A stretch of DNA of 64,000 bases from Vulcanimicrobiota bacterium (lineage in GTDB: Bacteria; Vulcanimicrobiota; Xenobia; Xenobiales; JADMJV01). Below, piece after piece: positions 18,572 through 28,956 of this stretch; position 1 is the first letter of the stretch, and each line of letters begins with the position of its first letter. A program made the translations under genes and the position numbers. The stretch is from assembly GCA_050250895.1 (NCBI GenBank), contig JBFWNU010000001.1, positions 1,224,008 to 1,288,007 of the forward strand. Reading direction: 5' to 3'. The notes under the pieces were generated by a model. That model saw nothing but the letters and a program-made list of their open reading frames with translations. It was not told the DNA's origin and ran no database searches.

Positions 18572-20113
18572 ATGACCTTGAAGAGCAATAAGTTTATCAC
18601 GATACTAGTCGCTTTCTTGTTGGCCTGGGCCTTCATAAGCGGCTGCGATACCGGCGGCAACGGCGGTAATGACACAGAAGGTGCCACCAACGTCGGCAAC
18701 AATCCCGGCGGGGGAGTTGCGGCCGGGGCGGCAGGCGGCGCCGGCGGAACGACCGCAGGAGCCGGGGCCGGTGGAACCTCCACCGGCGGTCTGACCGGTC
18801 CCATTGGAAGTGGCGGCGCAGGTGCCGGGGCTGCCGGAGGCGGCACTACGGCTGGCGGCGGAACCACTGCTGGCGCAGCCGGCGGCGGGACGACGGGTGG
18901 AACCAGCGGCGGCGCCGCAGGTACGACCACCGGCGGCGCGACCAATGCCACCCAGCTTTATAATGGCGAGAATCGCCCCGCGAAGTCCGCATTTCGGGCT
19001 GGCGCGAACCGCGTCTTCTACACCTTTGGCTTCCAGAACGGAGCCAACGGTGGAGTCAAGATGTTCAATCAGGTGGATGCTATCGCCATGGGCTTGAACT
19101 TGCCGGTGCCGACTATCCTGACCCGCAACGGGGCCACCGGCAACACGACCTCGGTATTGACCCGTCCCTTCGATATCGCTATCAACCCGGCCAACGGCAA
19201 CCTCTACGTGTCGACCGGCTTCGGCGGCGGCACCGGTCAGGGTCGCATCGTGAGAGTCAGCGGAATCAACCTGGCTACCGGAGCGGCCACTTTCGACGAG
19301 CTGGTCGTGGGCTTGAACAATCCGGGCTACGTCTTTTATGATGCAGTCAACGATACGCTCTATTGGACCGAATATGCCGCTTCTGGTACCGGTTCGGCCG
19401 TCAAACGCATGGATAACCCTGATGGTGCGGTGGCCACTCGTGTCGCTCTACCCATCACCACCAACGTCAACTTCCCGGCGGGCGTGGTGGCGACTACAAG
19501 CTTCATCTATGTGTGCGAGAATGGACCCGCCGGCCGGCTGCTGCGGCTACCGATTAACCTGACCGGTCTGACCTTACCGCTCAATGTGGATACGGCTCCT
19601 CAGGTGACCAATATCCTGCCGGCGGCCGGCCAGCAGGCCCTCAACCGGCCCCTCGAGGTGGTCTCTGACGGCAGTGCCGATGGCGTAGTGTTTACCGATG
19701 GCGCCTTCTTTGACCCTACGACTTTCAATCCGACCGCCACCAACAACGGCTCCTTGCGGCACATTCGCAACGGCCAGACGGTTTCGCGCCTGTTGGTGAC
19801 CAACAACGTGGGTCTTGGAGCGCTGTCGGCGATGCCGTTCGCGAGCGGTTCTACCGAGGCGTTCTTCGCTGACCTCTCCAACGCTGCCCCCGGTAGCACT
19901 TTCCGTCGGACGTTCGACCGGACGGTGGACGCGGTTTCCATCGCTGGCGCTGCCGCGACCACGGCCGCCGGTCCTTTGCAGCGACTGGACACCGGCAGAA
20001 CCCTCGTGCTCGACACTCTGACCGTCGATACCACCGGCAACTCTGCCTTCCCGTTACTCATCTTCGCGACCCAGGGTGCCCCGCCTAACGGCGACATCTT
20101 CGTCAAGCAGTAA
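18572..20113 (+). CDS. Gly/Thr-rich lipoprotein with a probable beta-propeller
   Basis: Lipobox FISGC; about 100 aa G/A/T linker; repeated blades LYVST, LYWTE, IYVCE, VVFTD, AFFAD. Confidence 0.75.
   Translation: MTLKSNKFITILVAFLLAWAFISGCDTGGNGGNDTEGATNVGNNPGGGVAAGAAGGAGGTTAGAGAGGTSTGGLTGPIGSGGAGAGAAGGGTTAGGGTTAGAAGGGTTGGTSGGAAGTTTGGATNATQLYNGENRPAKSAFRAGANRVFYTFGFQNGANGGVKMFNQVDAIAMGLNLPVPTILTRNGATGNTTSVLTRPFDIAINPANGNLYVSTGFGGGTGQGRIVRVSGINLATGAATFDELVVGLNNPGYVFYDAVNDTLYWTEYAASGTGSAVKRMDNPDGAVATRVALPITTNVNFPAGVVATTSFIYVCENGPAGRLLRLPINLTGLTLPLNVDTAPQVTNILPAAGQQALNRPLEVVSDGSADGVVFTDGAFFDPTTFNPTATNNGSLRHIRNGQTVSRLLVTNNVGLGALSAMPFASGSTEAFFADLSNAAPGSTFRRTFDRTVDAVSIAGAAATTAAGPLQRLDTGRTLVLDTLTVDTTGNSAFPLLIFATQGAPPNGDIFVKQ
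18650..18950 (+). repeat. low-complexity GGTTAG-type repeats
   Basis: GGTTAG/AGGGTT peptide repeats in the translation. Confidence 0.7.
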
Positions 20114-20129
20114 GTAACTAAATAGCAAC

Positions 20130-20162
20130 AAAAAAAGAGGAGCCACCGGCTCCTCTTTTTTT
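20130..20162 (+). terminator. intrinsic terminator
   Basis: AAAAAAAGAGGAGCC-acc-GGCTCCTCTTTTTTT. Confidence 0.92.
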
Positions 20163-20291
20163 CTTTCCGCGGGTTTTGTCCTAAGCCATAAGGGTCTGGC
20201 CTTTAAGGGGAATTTCAGGGATGACCTTGAGGCGTTTGGTGGTTTGGCAACATCCTGTTAACAAACATGACTTCTCGCGCGGTTAGGGGGG

Positions 20292-20300
20292 TGGTAAGAT
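20292..20300 (+). promoter_or_regulatory. extended -10 promoter element
   Basis: TGgTAAGAT about 55 nt upstream of the 20356 start. Confidence 0.45.
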
Positions 20301-20355
20301 AACTAAGGCTGAAGTCCGCAAAGCGGCTCTCGGCTCCCAGGAGGATAATGGAATA

Positions 20356-20838
20356 ATGGATGCAGGCAATTTCTCAAAGATTAATAACGTAGGCTTTACG
20401 CCGAAAGCTCCGGTCCGCAAGGCCGAGACGCAGTCAGACGGGCTTCCCGCCGATCAGGTTACGATCGGCGCGGCCCCCGTGGCTAACGAAGGCAAAGATG
20501 TAAGCACGGTCGGCGCTCCTAAAGGCCCCGTTGTCGCTGATGGAGCTGATCGCGTTGCCGCCACCAGTCACACCCCCGGGGTAGATGGTGGTTTCATCAT
20601 CGCCGGTGTTAGCCAATCCAGCGGCACCGAGCGCATCAAGTTCGATGTGGCCGGTGCCAACGGCGTCAACGGTAGCACCCAGCTCTTCTGTGAGCACGGT
20701 CGGTGCGTGGCCGATATCAGTCCTCTTGCTTCGCTTCAGAAGCCCGTCGAGAACTGGCAATTGGCGCCGGCCGAGGGAATGATCGGCGTGGGCGCATCAG
20801 AAGGCGCCGGGTTCTACGGCACTCACTACTCGATCTAG
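20356..20838 (+). CDS. hypothetical protein
   Basis: Strong RBS GGAGGA, own terminator; no family recognised. Confidence 0.75.
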   Translation: MDAGNFSKINNVGFTPKAPVRKAETQSDGLPADQVTIGAAPVANEGKDVSTVGAPKGPVVADGADRVAATSHTPGVDGGFIIAGVSQSSGTERIKFDVAGANGVNGSTQLFCEHGRCVADISPLASLQKPVENWQLAPAEGMIGVGASEGAGFYGTHYSI

Positions 20839-20849
20839 ACAGCTTAGAG

Positions 20850-20894
20850 CAAAGAAAGAACGGCCACCCCGACCGGGAGGGCCGTTTTTCTTTG
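20850..20894. terminator. bidirectional intrinsic terminator
   Basis: CAAAGAAAGAACGGCC...GGCCGTTTTTCTTTG between convergent genes. Confidence 0.85.
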
Positions 20895-20902
20895 GGGTCA
20901 GG

Positions 20903-21979
20903 CTATTTCAGAGCCGTTGCGCGGCCCACGGCCGCAATGGTCCCGCCCCCGAGCACCTCGTTGCGGAAATAGAAGACGGCTGCCTGGCCAGGGCTCAAGG
21001 CTCGCTGGGCCCGATCGAACAAGACTCGAACAAAACCGACGTCACTTTCCAGGTTGGCCAGGTCTCCTGGATGGGTCGACCGGTACTGAACCCGAGCTCG
21101 GGCCGGAGGAGCCGGGGCGATCCAGTTGAGTTCGTCCACCACCATCTCGCCCTCGAGCAGTTCCTCAGAGTCTCCCACTACGAGAGTGTTATCGACGACG
21201 TTGAGGGCCAGCACGTAGCGAGGGCGATCGGAATGGATGCCCAAACCTTTGCGCTGACCGACGGTGTAATAGGGTAGGCCCCGATGCTCGCCCAGCGGCT
21301 TGCCGCTCGAATCGACGATGGCTCCCGGCTCGGTCTGACCCAGCTGCTTCGAGAGAAACCCGGCGGTATCTCCATCGGGGATAAAGCACAGGTCCATGCT
21401 CTCCTTCTTGTCGGCCACCCCCAGTTCCAGGTCGCGAGCAAGTTGGCGTATCTCGGCCTTGGTATAGCCACCCAGGGGAAACTCGATATGGCGCAACTGC
21501 TCTTGAGTGAGCGAGGCCAGCACATAACTCTGGTCCTTCTTGCGATCTTTGCCTCGCAACAAACGGCAGCGGTCGGCCGCCTTGCGGATGCGAGCATAAT
21601 GGCCGGTGATCACCCGGTCGGCCCCCAGTTCTCGAGCCCGCTCGAGCAGATGGTCGAACTTGATGTGCTGGTTGCACCGCCGACAAGGGTTGGGCGTGCG
21701 TCCCTGGCGGTACTCCTCGACGAAGTCGTCGATGACGTGCTTTTGAAATTCCTGACGCAGATTGAACACATAGTGAGGAATATCTAGCTTCCAGGCGACT
21801 TTCTCGGCGTCGGTCACATCCCAAACCGAACAACAACCGCGACCCGAGGGGGCGGCCTGGCTTTCGCTGGGCGAGAGCGTCATGGTCACCCCGATCACTT
21901 CGTGTCCGGCCTTCTTCATCAGGGCTGCCGCCACCGACGAATCGACCCCTCCGCTCATGGCTACAACAACGCGGCTCAC
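20903..21979 (-). CDS. mnmA: tRNA 2-thiouridine(34) synthase
   Basis: [52 protein letters not shown]. Confidence 0.97.
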   Translation of the reverse strand: MSRVVVAMSGGVDSSVAAALMKKAGHEVIGVTMTLSPSESQAAPSGRGCCSVWDVTDAEKVAWKLDIPHYVFNLRQEFQKHVIDDFVEEYRQGRTPNPCRRCNQHIKFDHLLERARELGADRVITGHYARIRKAADRCRLLRGKDRKKDQSYVLASLTQEQLRHIEFPLGGYTKAEIRQLARDLELGVADKKESMDLCFIPDGDTAGFLSKQLGQTEPGAIVDSSGKPLGEHRGLPYYTVGQRKGLGIHSDRPRYVLALNVVDNTLVVGDSEELLEGEMVVDELNWIAPAPPARARVQYRSTHPGDLANLESDVGFVRVLFDRAQRALSPGQAAVFYFRNEVLGGGTIAAVGRATALK

Positions 21980-23100
21980 GCGACTCTTCCTTTCCTTCCC
22001 AGGCGTACCTGTTCGACTGCCTGCTCCACCAGGCGGGCAGCTTCGTCGATCTCGTGGCTGGTGGTGGCCCAGCCGGGTGAAAACCGGATCAGGCCTGAGG
22101 CCTGGACATCGCTGTACCCCATCGACAGCAACACCTTCGAAGGCTCGATGCTGTGCGACGAGCAAGCCGAGCCTGACGAGGCGGCCAGGCCGCTTAGATC
22201 GAGTCGGGCCAACATCGGCTCGGCCGGCACCTCTTCGAAAATCCAGGCCGAAATGTGGTCGGCACGGTCTGTCCCTCCCCCCAGCAAATGTCCGCCGGCC
22301 AACCCGGAAAGCCGGGACTCGAGCTGTTGGCGCAGGCGGGCGATGCGGGCCTGCTCGGGTTGCGAGCGCAGCCCCAACACCAGGGCTAGACTGGCGGCCG
22401 CAATGAGATTGGGCGTGCCGGCCCGACGCGAATCTTCCTGCGCTCCTCCGATCAACATGGGGGCCACTCGTAGCCCTTGCCGCAGGTATAGACAGCCTGC
22501 TGGGACCCCCCCCAGCTTGTGCCCGGAGAGGGTCATCAAATCAGCTCCACAGCTGGCTTTGAGCGGTTCTTGCACGGCGTCGACATGGAGCAGCGTGCCG
22601 TGCTCATGGCAGACGGCGGCTAGCTCTGAGATGGGCTGGCGCGTGCCCACTTCGTTGTTGGCCGCCATCACCGAAACCAGGACCGTCTCGGGCTTTAACA
22701 GGGCCGCCACCTGGTCGGGATCGACCCGACCCTGGCGGTCGACGGGGATGGCCTCGACGACGTAGCCCAGCCCTTCGAGGCTGGCGGCATAGTCGCGCAC
22801 GGCCGGGTGTTCCACCGCGCTATACAGCAGGTGGGCACCGGACGGACCCAGGCGCATGGTGCCCCCCAGGGCCAGGGCGTTGGCCTCGGTGGCTCCCGAG
22901 GTGAAGACGATCTCTTCGACTTGAGCGCCGAGATGGCGGGCACAGTCTTCCCGAGCTTGTTCAAGCACCATGCGGGCCGCCCGGCCCTGCCGATGCAGGC
23001 TCGAGGGGTTGCCCAGGCCACGCTCCATCAGTTCACGGACCAGCGTCTTGACCTCGGGCCGTAGTGGGGCTGTGGCCGCATAATCGAGATAGATTGCCAT
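21976..23100 (-). CDS. cysteine desulfurase (IscS/NifS group I)
   Basis: [46 protein letters not shown]. Confidence 0.93.
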   Translation of the reverse strand: MAIYLDYAATAPLRPEVKTLVRELMERGLGNPSSLHRQGRAARMVLEQAREDCARHLGAQVEEIVFTSGATEANALALGGTMRLGPSGAHLLYSAVEHPAVRDYAASLEGLGYVVEAIPVDRQGRVDPDQVAALLKPETVLVSVMAANNEVGTRQPISELAAVCHEHGTLLHVDAVQEPLKASCGADLMTLSGHKLGGVPAGCLYLRQGLRVAPMLIGGAQEDSRRAGTPNLIAAASLALVLGLRSQPEQARIARLRQQLESRLSGLAGGHLLGGGTDRADHISAWIFEEVPAEPMLARLDLSGLAASSGSACSSHSIEPSKVLLSMGYSDVQASGLIRFSPGWATTSHEIDEAARLVEQAVEQVRLGRKGRVA

Positions 23101-23108
23101 CCTGGGGC

Positions 23109-23137
23109 ATGCTAGCGTCAAGGCGGTTGGATGTCAA
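23109..23137 (-). promoter_or_regulatory. sigma70 promoter of the desulfurase-mnmA operon
   Basis: TTGACA-17 bp-TAGCAT on the minus strand, 8 nt before the ATG. Confidence 0.75.
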
Positions 23138-23175
23138 ACAAAGGAGGCGAATTGCAGCTCAAGAAGGTTGCGTAG

Positions 23176-24387
23176 ATGCCAAAGTCTGATGCTCCCCCGC
23201 AGCTACCTCCGGCTGTGCTCGAGCAGGCCCGCGAGACCGGTCTGCTCGACACCGACCCGGAAGAGGCTTTCGACCGCCTGGCCGCTCTGGCCAGCCGCCT
23301 GGCCGGTGCGCCCACGGCCTTGCTGACGATTCTCGACAAGGACCGTCAGTTCTTCAAAGCCCAGATTGGCCTTCAAGAGCCGTGGCAGACGCGTCGGCAG
23401 ACGCCCTGGAGCCATTCCTTCTGCAAGTTTGTGGCCGCCACCAATGAGCCTCTGGTGGTGAGTGACGCTCGTGATCATCCCTGGCTGGCCGAGAACGGGG
23501 CCATCACCGATTTGGGAGTGATCGCCTACTGCGGCGTGCCGCTCACCCGTCCTTGCGGGACGCCGGTGGGCGCCCTGTGCGTCATCGATAGCGAGCCGCG
23601 AAGCTGGCATGAAGAGTTGCCTGAGCTTCTCGGCGAATTGGCCCGTAGCGCCATGACCGAGGTCGAACTGCGCAAGCAGAGTCAAGCTCTGTTGGAGTTG
23701 ACCCAGCGCCAGAATGAGGTTTTGGGCACCGTAGCTCACGATCTTCGCACCCCTCTGACGGTAGTTGAAGCATTTAGCCGGATGCTGCTGGATCCGCGTT
23801 TCGGACTCGAGGATCAACCGCGCTCGATGGTCGAAGCGGTGCGGCGTAGTGGCTCTTTCATGGTGCGTCTGGTGGATGACCTGTTGGATCTCGAGGCGCT
23901 CAAATCGGGTAGGGTCAACCTCAACCTGGAACGGGTCAATCTGGGCACGCTGGTGGTGGGGGTGGTCGAGTTGCAGTCGGTGGCGGCCGCGCTCAAAGAG
24001 GTGAAGATTTCCTTTGAAGGTCACCCCAAGCCGGTGTGGGTACAGGGCGACCCGCGCAAGCTGGAACAAGTGGTGCAGAACCTGATGGCCAACGCTATCA
24101 AGTTCTCACCAGCCGGGAGCGAGGTGACGGTGAGCCTTTCGGCTGATCCAACCAGGGCGCTGTTGCGGGTGCGCGACCAGGGGCCTGGTATTCCGCCCCA
24201 AGACCACTTGAAGGTCTTCGAGCCGTTTGCCAAGAGTGCGGCCGTTCCCACCGGCGGTGAAAAAAGCACCGGCCTTGGCCTGACCATCGTCAAACGCCTG
24301 GTCGAGGCCCACCAGGGCCAGGTTGGTGTCGAGAGTGGCGGAAGCGGCGCCGCCTTTTGGGTCGAGCTGCCCCGAGCTAAACGGTAG
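23176..24387 (+). CDS. GAF-domain sensor histidine kinase
   Basis: GLLDT.PEEAFDRL GAF; AHDLRTPL H-box; NLMANAIKF, DQGPGI, GLGL. Confidence 0.93.
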   Translation: MPKSDAPPQLPPAVLEQARETGLLDTDPEEAFDRLAALASRLAGAPTALLTILDKDRQFFKAQIGLQEPWQTRRQTPWSHSFCKFVAATNEPLVVSDARDHPWLAENGAITDLGVIAYCGVPLTRPCGTPVGALCVIDSEPRSWHEELPELLGELARSAMTEVELRKQSQALLELTQRQNEVLGTVAHDLRTPLTVVEAFSRMLLDPRFGLEDQPRSMVEAVRRSGSFMVRLVDDLLDLEALKSGRVNLNLERVNLGTLVVGVVELQSVAAALKEVKISFEGHPKPVWVQGDPRKLEQVVQNLMANAIKFSPAGSEVTVSLSADPTRALLRVRDQGPGIPPQDHLKVFEPFAKSAAVPTGGEKSTGLGLTIVKRLVEAHQGQVGVESGGSGAAFWVELPRAKR

Positions 24388-25552
24388 CCGTGGAGGCCGC
24401 CGCCAGAGCCTGTTCTAGATCGGCCTTGAGATCCTCGTAGGCTTCAATCCCCACCGAGATCCGGATCAAACCGTCGTCGATGCCCATTTCGGCGCGACGC
24501 TCAGGAGGGATGCTGGCGTGGGTCATGATGGCCGGGTGTTCGATGAGAGACTCGACTCCGCCCAGGCTCTCGGCTAAAAAGAAGAGCCTGGTCGATTCGA
24601 GCAGTCGCCGGGCCGCCTCGAGGCCGCCCTTGACCACGAACGAAATCATGCCTCCGAAGCCGCTCATCTGCGTGCACGCCAGTTGATGCTGGGGGTGCGA
24701 GGCCAAACCCGGGTAGATGACCTTTTCCACGGCCGGATGGGCCTCGAGGTCGGCGGCCAGGCGGCTGGCGTTGGCCTGATGGGCCTGCATGCGCACGGCC
24801 AGTGTCTTGACGCCGCGCAGGGTCAACCAGCAGTCGAAGGGGCCGGGAATGGCGCCTACCGACTTCTGATGGAATTTCATGGTCTCGTGGATCTCCGGGT
24901 TATCGGTCACCAGTACGCCGCCGATGACGTCAGAGTGACCGCCCAGGTACTTGGTGGCCGAATGCACGACGATGTCGGCTCCCAGTTGGAGAGGTTGTTG
25001 GAAATAGGGGGTCATGAAGGTGTTGTCGACCACCAGATAGAGGCCGTGCTCGCGGGTGAGCCTGGCGATGGCTGCGATATCGGTGAGCTTTAACAGCGGA
25101 TTGGTGGGGGTCTCGAGCCACACCATGCGGGTGTTGGGCCCGATGGCCTGTTTGACCTGGTTGGGGTCGGACGTGTTCACGAAGGTGGTGGCGATGTTGA
25201 ACTTATCCATCACCCGGGTGAAATAGCGATAGGTGCCCCCGTAGACATCGTCGGACACCACCAGATGATCCCCACTCTTGAGCAGGTACATGCAGTTGTT
25301 GATGGCCGCCATGCCCGACCCGAAGGCCACCCCGAAGCGACCCCCTTCGAGAGCTGCCAGGCAGGTCTCGTAGGCTTTGCGGGTCGGATTGTCGGTGCGG
25401 GCGTAGTCGTAGCCCTGGCGTGGCTTGCCCAGCCCCTCTTGCACGTAGGTCGAGGTTTGAAAGATCGGCACCACCACCGCGCCGGTGACCGGCTCGGGCT
25501 CCTGGCCGGCGTGGATCGCCAGGGTCTCGGGTCGCAGGTTACCTGAATGCAT
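24377..25552 (-). CDS. cystathionine gamma-lyase/synthase (PLP trans-sulfuration family)
   Basis: YARTDNPTR, YGGT, ETPTNP, DNTF, HSATKYLGGHSD, AESLGGVESL. Confidence 0.93.
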   Translation of the reverse strand: MHSGNLRPETLAIHAGQEPEPVTGAVVVPIFQTSTYVQEGLGKPRQGYDYARTDNPTRKAYETCLAALEGGRFGVAFGSGMAAINNCMYLLKSGDHLVVSDDVYGGTYRYFTRVMDKFNIATTFVNTSDPNQVKQAIGPNTRMVWLETPTNPLLKLTDIAAIARLTREHGLYLVVDNTFMTPYFQQPLQLGADIVVHSATKYLGGHSDVIGGVLVTDNPEIHETMKFHQKSVGAIPGPFDCWLTLRGVKTLAVRMQAHQANASRLAADLEAHPAVEKVIYPGLASHPQHQLACTQMSGFGGMISFVVKGGLEAARRLLESTRLFFLAESLGGVESLIEHPAIMTHASIPPERRAEMGIDDGLIRISVGIEAYEDLKADLEQALAAASTATV

Positions 25553-25850
25553 AGGACATGAACAAGGACAGCAGCAAGAAACCGATAGCCAGTACGTTGG
25601 TCACGGTGTCGATGGTATCATCGGCACTCTTTTTGCCACGGAATGAGCTTTCGCTGGGGCCCATCATCGAGCCGCTGAGGCCTTCTGACTTGGTGGTGCG
25701 GGTGACGATGGCCACCATCAGCGCGATGCAGACGAGGACGTAGACAACGGCCACGACTTTCTGGCCGGCCGAATAGCCCACCACCGATTCGGTCACATTG
25801 ACCACCTGCAGATTGGTATTCTGCGCCAGCAGCATAAGTGAAGTCCACAT
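25539..25850 (-). CDS. secG: preprotein translocase subunit SecG
   Basis: Two TMs flanking KSEGLSG..G..SFRG; follows tpiA. Confidence 0.85.
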   Translation of the reverse strand: MWTSLMLLAQNTNLQVVNVTESVVGYSAGQKVVAVVYVLVCIALMVAIVTRTTKSEGLSGSMMGPSESSFRGKKSADDTIDTVTNVLAIGFLLLSLFMSYAFR

Positions 25851-25852
25851 GG

Positions 25853-26632
25853 TTAGGAAACAACCTCCTCGGCTTGGTGGTGGACGATGCGGCCAAAGCT
25901 ATCGGCTTTGAGGCTCGCGCCGCCAACCAGGGCGCCGTCAATATTGGGTTTGGCCATCAGATGGTCGACATTGTCGGGTTTGACGCTGCCGCCATACAGG
26001 ATGCGAATCTGGCCGGCGATACGCTCGCCATACAGATCGGCCAGGGCTTGCCGAAGAGCCGCCATGGCTTGTTCGGCGTCCTCGGGGGTGGCGTTCTTGC
26101 CCGTCCCGATGGCCCACACCGGCTCGTAGGCTATCACCATTTTCGAGCCCGCGTCAAGACTGATGCCTGAAAGTCCGCCTTTGAGCTGACCCACGATGAC
26201 CTCGAGAGTCTTGCCCGCCTCGCGCTGTTCGAGGGTTTCGCCCACGCACAGCACCGGCACCAGGCCGTGGTTCAGAGCCGCCCCGACTTTCTTGCAGCAG
26301 GTCTCGTCACTTTCGTGAAATAACGCCCGGCGCTCGGAGTGGCCGATGAGCACGTGGGTGCACCCGATGTCTCGCAGCATGGGGGCCGAGACCTCGCCGG
26401 TGAAGGCGCCCCACTCTTCCCAATGCAGGTTCTGGGCCCCCAGGAAGAAGTTCATCTGGTTGGCCACTTTGGCGCCCACCTCTTGCAGCAGGTGGAAGGG
26501 CGGGCAGATCAGCACTTCGCGATCGGCCAGCTTGGGACAGGCGGCCAGCAACTCGTCGAGCATGTTGCCCGCCTCGCGGCGGGTCATATGCATCTTCCAG
26601 TTGGCTGCCATCAAAGGGGTACGGGTCATCAT
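25853..26632 (-). CDS. tpiA: triosephosphate isomerase
   Basis: ANWKM, GAFTGE, GHSERR, AYEPVWAIGTG, YGGSV, LVGGASL. Confidence 0.98.
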   Translation of the reverse strand: MMTRTPLMAANWKMHMTRREAGNMLDELLAACPKLADREVLICPPFHLLQEVGAKVANQMNFFLGAQNLHWEEWGAFTGEVSAPMLRDIGCTHVLIGHSERRALFHESDETCCKKVGAALNHGLVPVLCVGETLEQREAGKTLEVIVGQLKGGLSGISLDAGSKMVIAYEPVWAIGTGKNATPEDAEQAMAALRQALADLYGERIAGQIRILYGGSVKPDNVDHLMAKPNIDGALVGGASLKADSFGRIVHHQAEEVVS

Positions 26633-26638
26633 TCTCTC

Positions 26639-27835
26639 CTAATTTGCAATCGCCTGACGGGATTTGAGGGCAGCCACTCCGGGCAGCTCTTTGCCCTCCA
26701 TGAACTCGAGCGAAGCTCCGCCGCCGGTCGAGACGTGGGTAATCTGGTCGGCCAGGTTCATCTGACGCAGGGCCGCGGCCGAGTCGCCACCGCCGATACA
26801 AGAGACGGCACCCGAGCCGGCCACGGCGCGAGCGACTTCGAAGGTGCCCTGGTCAAAAGGCGGCACCTCGAACACGCCCATCGGTCCGTTCCAGAAAATG
26901 GTGCCGGCTGCCTGGCACTTTTCGCGGAAGGTGGCGATGGTCTTCGTTCCGATATCGAGCCCCATCGAGTCCGCCGGAATGGCCTCGATGCCGACCTCTT
27001 TGCGCTCTTGACCGGCGTCGAGATTGGGAGCCACGGCCACGTCTACCGGAAGCAAGAAGGTGGTTTCGTGTTCTTTGGCCTTGGCCAAAAGGTTGCGGGG
27101 CAGCTCGAGATCGGCTTCGCACAACGACTTGCCGATATCATGGCCCTGGGCCTTCAAGAACGAGAAGGCCATTCCGCCACCCACCAGCAGGGTGTCGGCT
27201 TTTTCGATCAGACAGTCGAGCACGCCCAGCTTATCAGAGACCTTGGCCCCACCCAGAACGGCCACGAAGGGCCGCTTGGGCGAGGTCAGCAGGCTGCCCA
27301 GCGCCTCGAGTTCGGAAGCCATCAAGAGGCCAGCCACTGCTGGCAGAAACTCGGTGACTCCGACCGTCGAGGCGTGGGCCCGGTGGGCCGCGCCGAAAGC
27401 GTCGTTGACATACACTTCGCCGAATTGGGCCAGAGCCTTGGCGAAGTCCGGATCGTTCTTCTTTTCACCGGGATGAAAACGCAGGTTTTCGAGCAGCAGA
27501 ACCCGGCCGGGCCCTAACTCGGCCACCATCTTCTCGACCTTGTCTCCAATGCAGTCCGGGGCCATGGCCACGGGTTGGCCCAACAGCTCGCTCAGTCGCT
27601 CGGCCACGGGGGCCAGCGACAGTTTGGGGTCGGGCGTGCCCTTAGGGCGACCCAGATGGGACATCAACACCAGGGTGGCGTTGCGCTCCAACAGATAGCG
27701 AAGGGTGGGCAGGGCGGCCACGATGCGATTGTCGTCTTTGACTTTGCCGTCTTTGACGGGGCAGTTGAAGTCGACACGCACCAGCACACGCTTGCCGTCG
27801 AGATTGAGATCGCGGATGGTGGCTCGAGTGATCAT
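26639..27835 (-). CDS. pgk: phosphoglycerate kinase
   Basis: RVDFN, SHLGRP, LENLRF, DAFGAAHRAHAS, WNGPMGVFE, STGGGASLE. Confidence 0.98.
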   Translation of the reverse strand: MITRATIRDLNLDGKRVLVRVDFNCPVKDGKVKDDNRIVAALPTLRYLLERNATLVLMSHLGRPKGTPDPKLSLAPVAERLSELLGQPVAMAPDCIGDKVEKMVAELGPGRVLLLENLRFHPGEKKNDPDFAKALAQFGEVYVNDAFGAAHRAHASTVGVTEFLPAVAGLLMASELEALGSLLTSPKRPFVAVLGGAKVSDKLGVLDCLIEKADTLLVGGGMAFSFLKAQGHDIGKSLCEADLELPRNLLAKAKEHETTFLLPVDVAVAPNLDAGQERKEVGIEAIPADSMGLDIGTKTIATFREKCQAAGTIFWNGPMGVFEVPPFDQGTFEVARAVAGSGAVSCIGGGDSAAALRQMNLADQITHVSTGGGASLEFMEGKELPGVAALKSRQAIAN

Positions 27836-27836
27836 G

Positions 27837-28856
27837 TTAGGCGGTCACCACCAGCTTGCGGCTGGCCATGAAGTTGAGCAGGTCGGCTACCCGGTTGGAG
27901 TAGCCCCACTCGTTGTCATACCAGGTGACGCACTTGACCATGTTGCCCATGGCCATGGTCGAGTCCATGTCGATGATGGACGAGGCCGGATTGCCTTTGA
28001 AGTCCATCGATACCAGCGGCTCGTTGCACACCTGCAGGATGCCTTTGAGCGCGCCATTGGCGGCGGCGGTGAAGGCTTCTTTGACCTGCTCGGTGGTGAC
28101 CTGGGCGTTCACGGTGCAGACGAAGTCGACGATGCTGACGGTCGGCGTCGGTACGCGCATGGCCATGCCGTCGAACTTGCCTTTCAGGTCGGGAATGACC
28201 AGGGCCACGGCTTTGGCGGCTCCGGTGCTGGTGGGGATGATGTTGAGAGCGGCGGCCCGAGCCCGGCGCATGTCGCTGTGGGGCAGGTCCAGGATCCGCT
28301 GGTCGTTGGTGTAGGCGTGAATGGTGGTCATGAAGCCCTGCTGGATGCCCCACTTGTCGTGGAGGACTTTGGCCGGGGGAGCCAGGCAGTTGGTGGTGCA
28401 GGACGCGTTGGAGATGATGTGGTGCTTATCGGGGTCATACTGGTCGTGGTTGACACCGAGCACCACGGTCAGGTCCTCGCCCTTAGCGGGAGCGCTGATG
28501 ACGACCTTCTTGGCGCCGGCCTGCATGTGCTTGCTGGCCCCGTCGCGACTGGTGAAGATACCGGTGGACTCGAGCACCATCTGGGCACCCATGTCGCCCC
28601 AGGGAAGGTTGGCGGGGTCGCGCTCGGCCAGAACTTTGATCTTCTTGCCGTTGATGACCAGGTGGTCACCGTCGACCGAAACGTCACCGTCGAACTTGCC
28701 ATAGTTGCTGTCATATTTGAACAGGTGGGCGTTCATCTCGGTGGAAACGAGGTCGTTGATCGCGACCACTTCGAGATCAGGATAGTTGTCCATGATCGCC
28801 TTGAGACTCTGACGGCCGATGCGGCCGAATCCGTTGATACCAATTTTGGTGGCCAT
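27837..28856 (-). CDS. gap: glyceraldehyde-3-phosphate dehydrogenase type I
   Basis: [37 protein letters not shown]. Confidence 0.98.
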   Translation of the reverse strand: MATKIGINGFGRIGRQSLKAIMDNYPDLEVVAINDLVSTEMNAHLFKYDSNYGKFDGDVSVDGDHLVINGKKIKVLAERDPANLPWGDMGAQMVLESTGIFTSRDGASKHMQAGAKKVVISAPAKGEDLTVVLGVNHDQYDPDKHHIISNASCTTNCLAPPAKVLHDKWGIQQGFMTTIHAYTNDQRILDLPHSDMRRARAAALNIIPTSTGAAKAVALVIPDLKGKFDGMAMRVPTPTVSIVDFVCTVNAQVTTEQVKEAFTAAANGALKGILQVCNEPLVSMDFKGNPASSIIDMDSTMAMGNMVKCVTWYDNEWGYSNRVADLLNFMASRKLVVTA

Positions 28857-28956
28857 AATTTCCTCCTCAAACCCTTTGGGCCGCCTCGGCGGCCATTGCC
28901 CCGAATTTACCCGGGGGGAACAGGGCTTAAACCGGTTGCGCAGCGGTTTTCGGGGC

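Noticed and set aside
20308-20335. GCAAA hairpin as a c-di-GMP-I riboswitch
   Set aside because: Second stem and tetraloop-receptor architecture are absent
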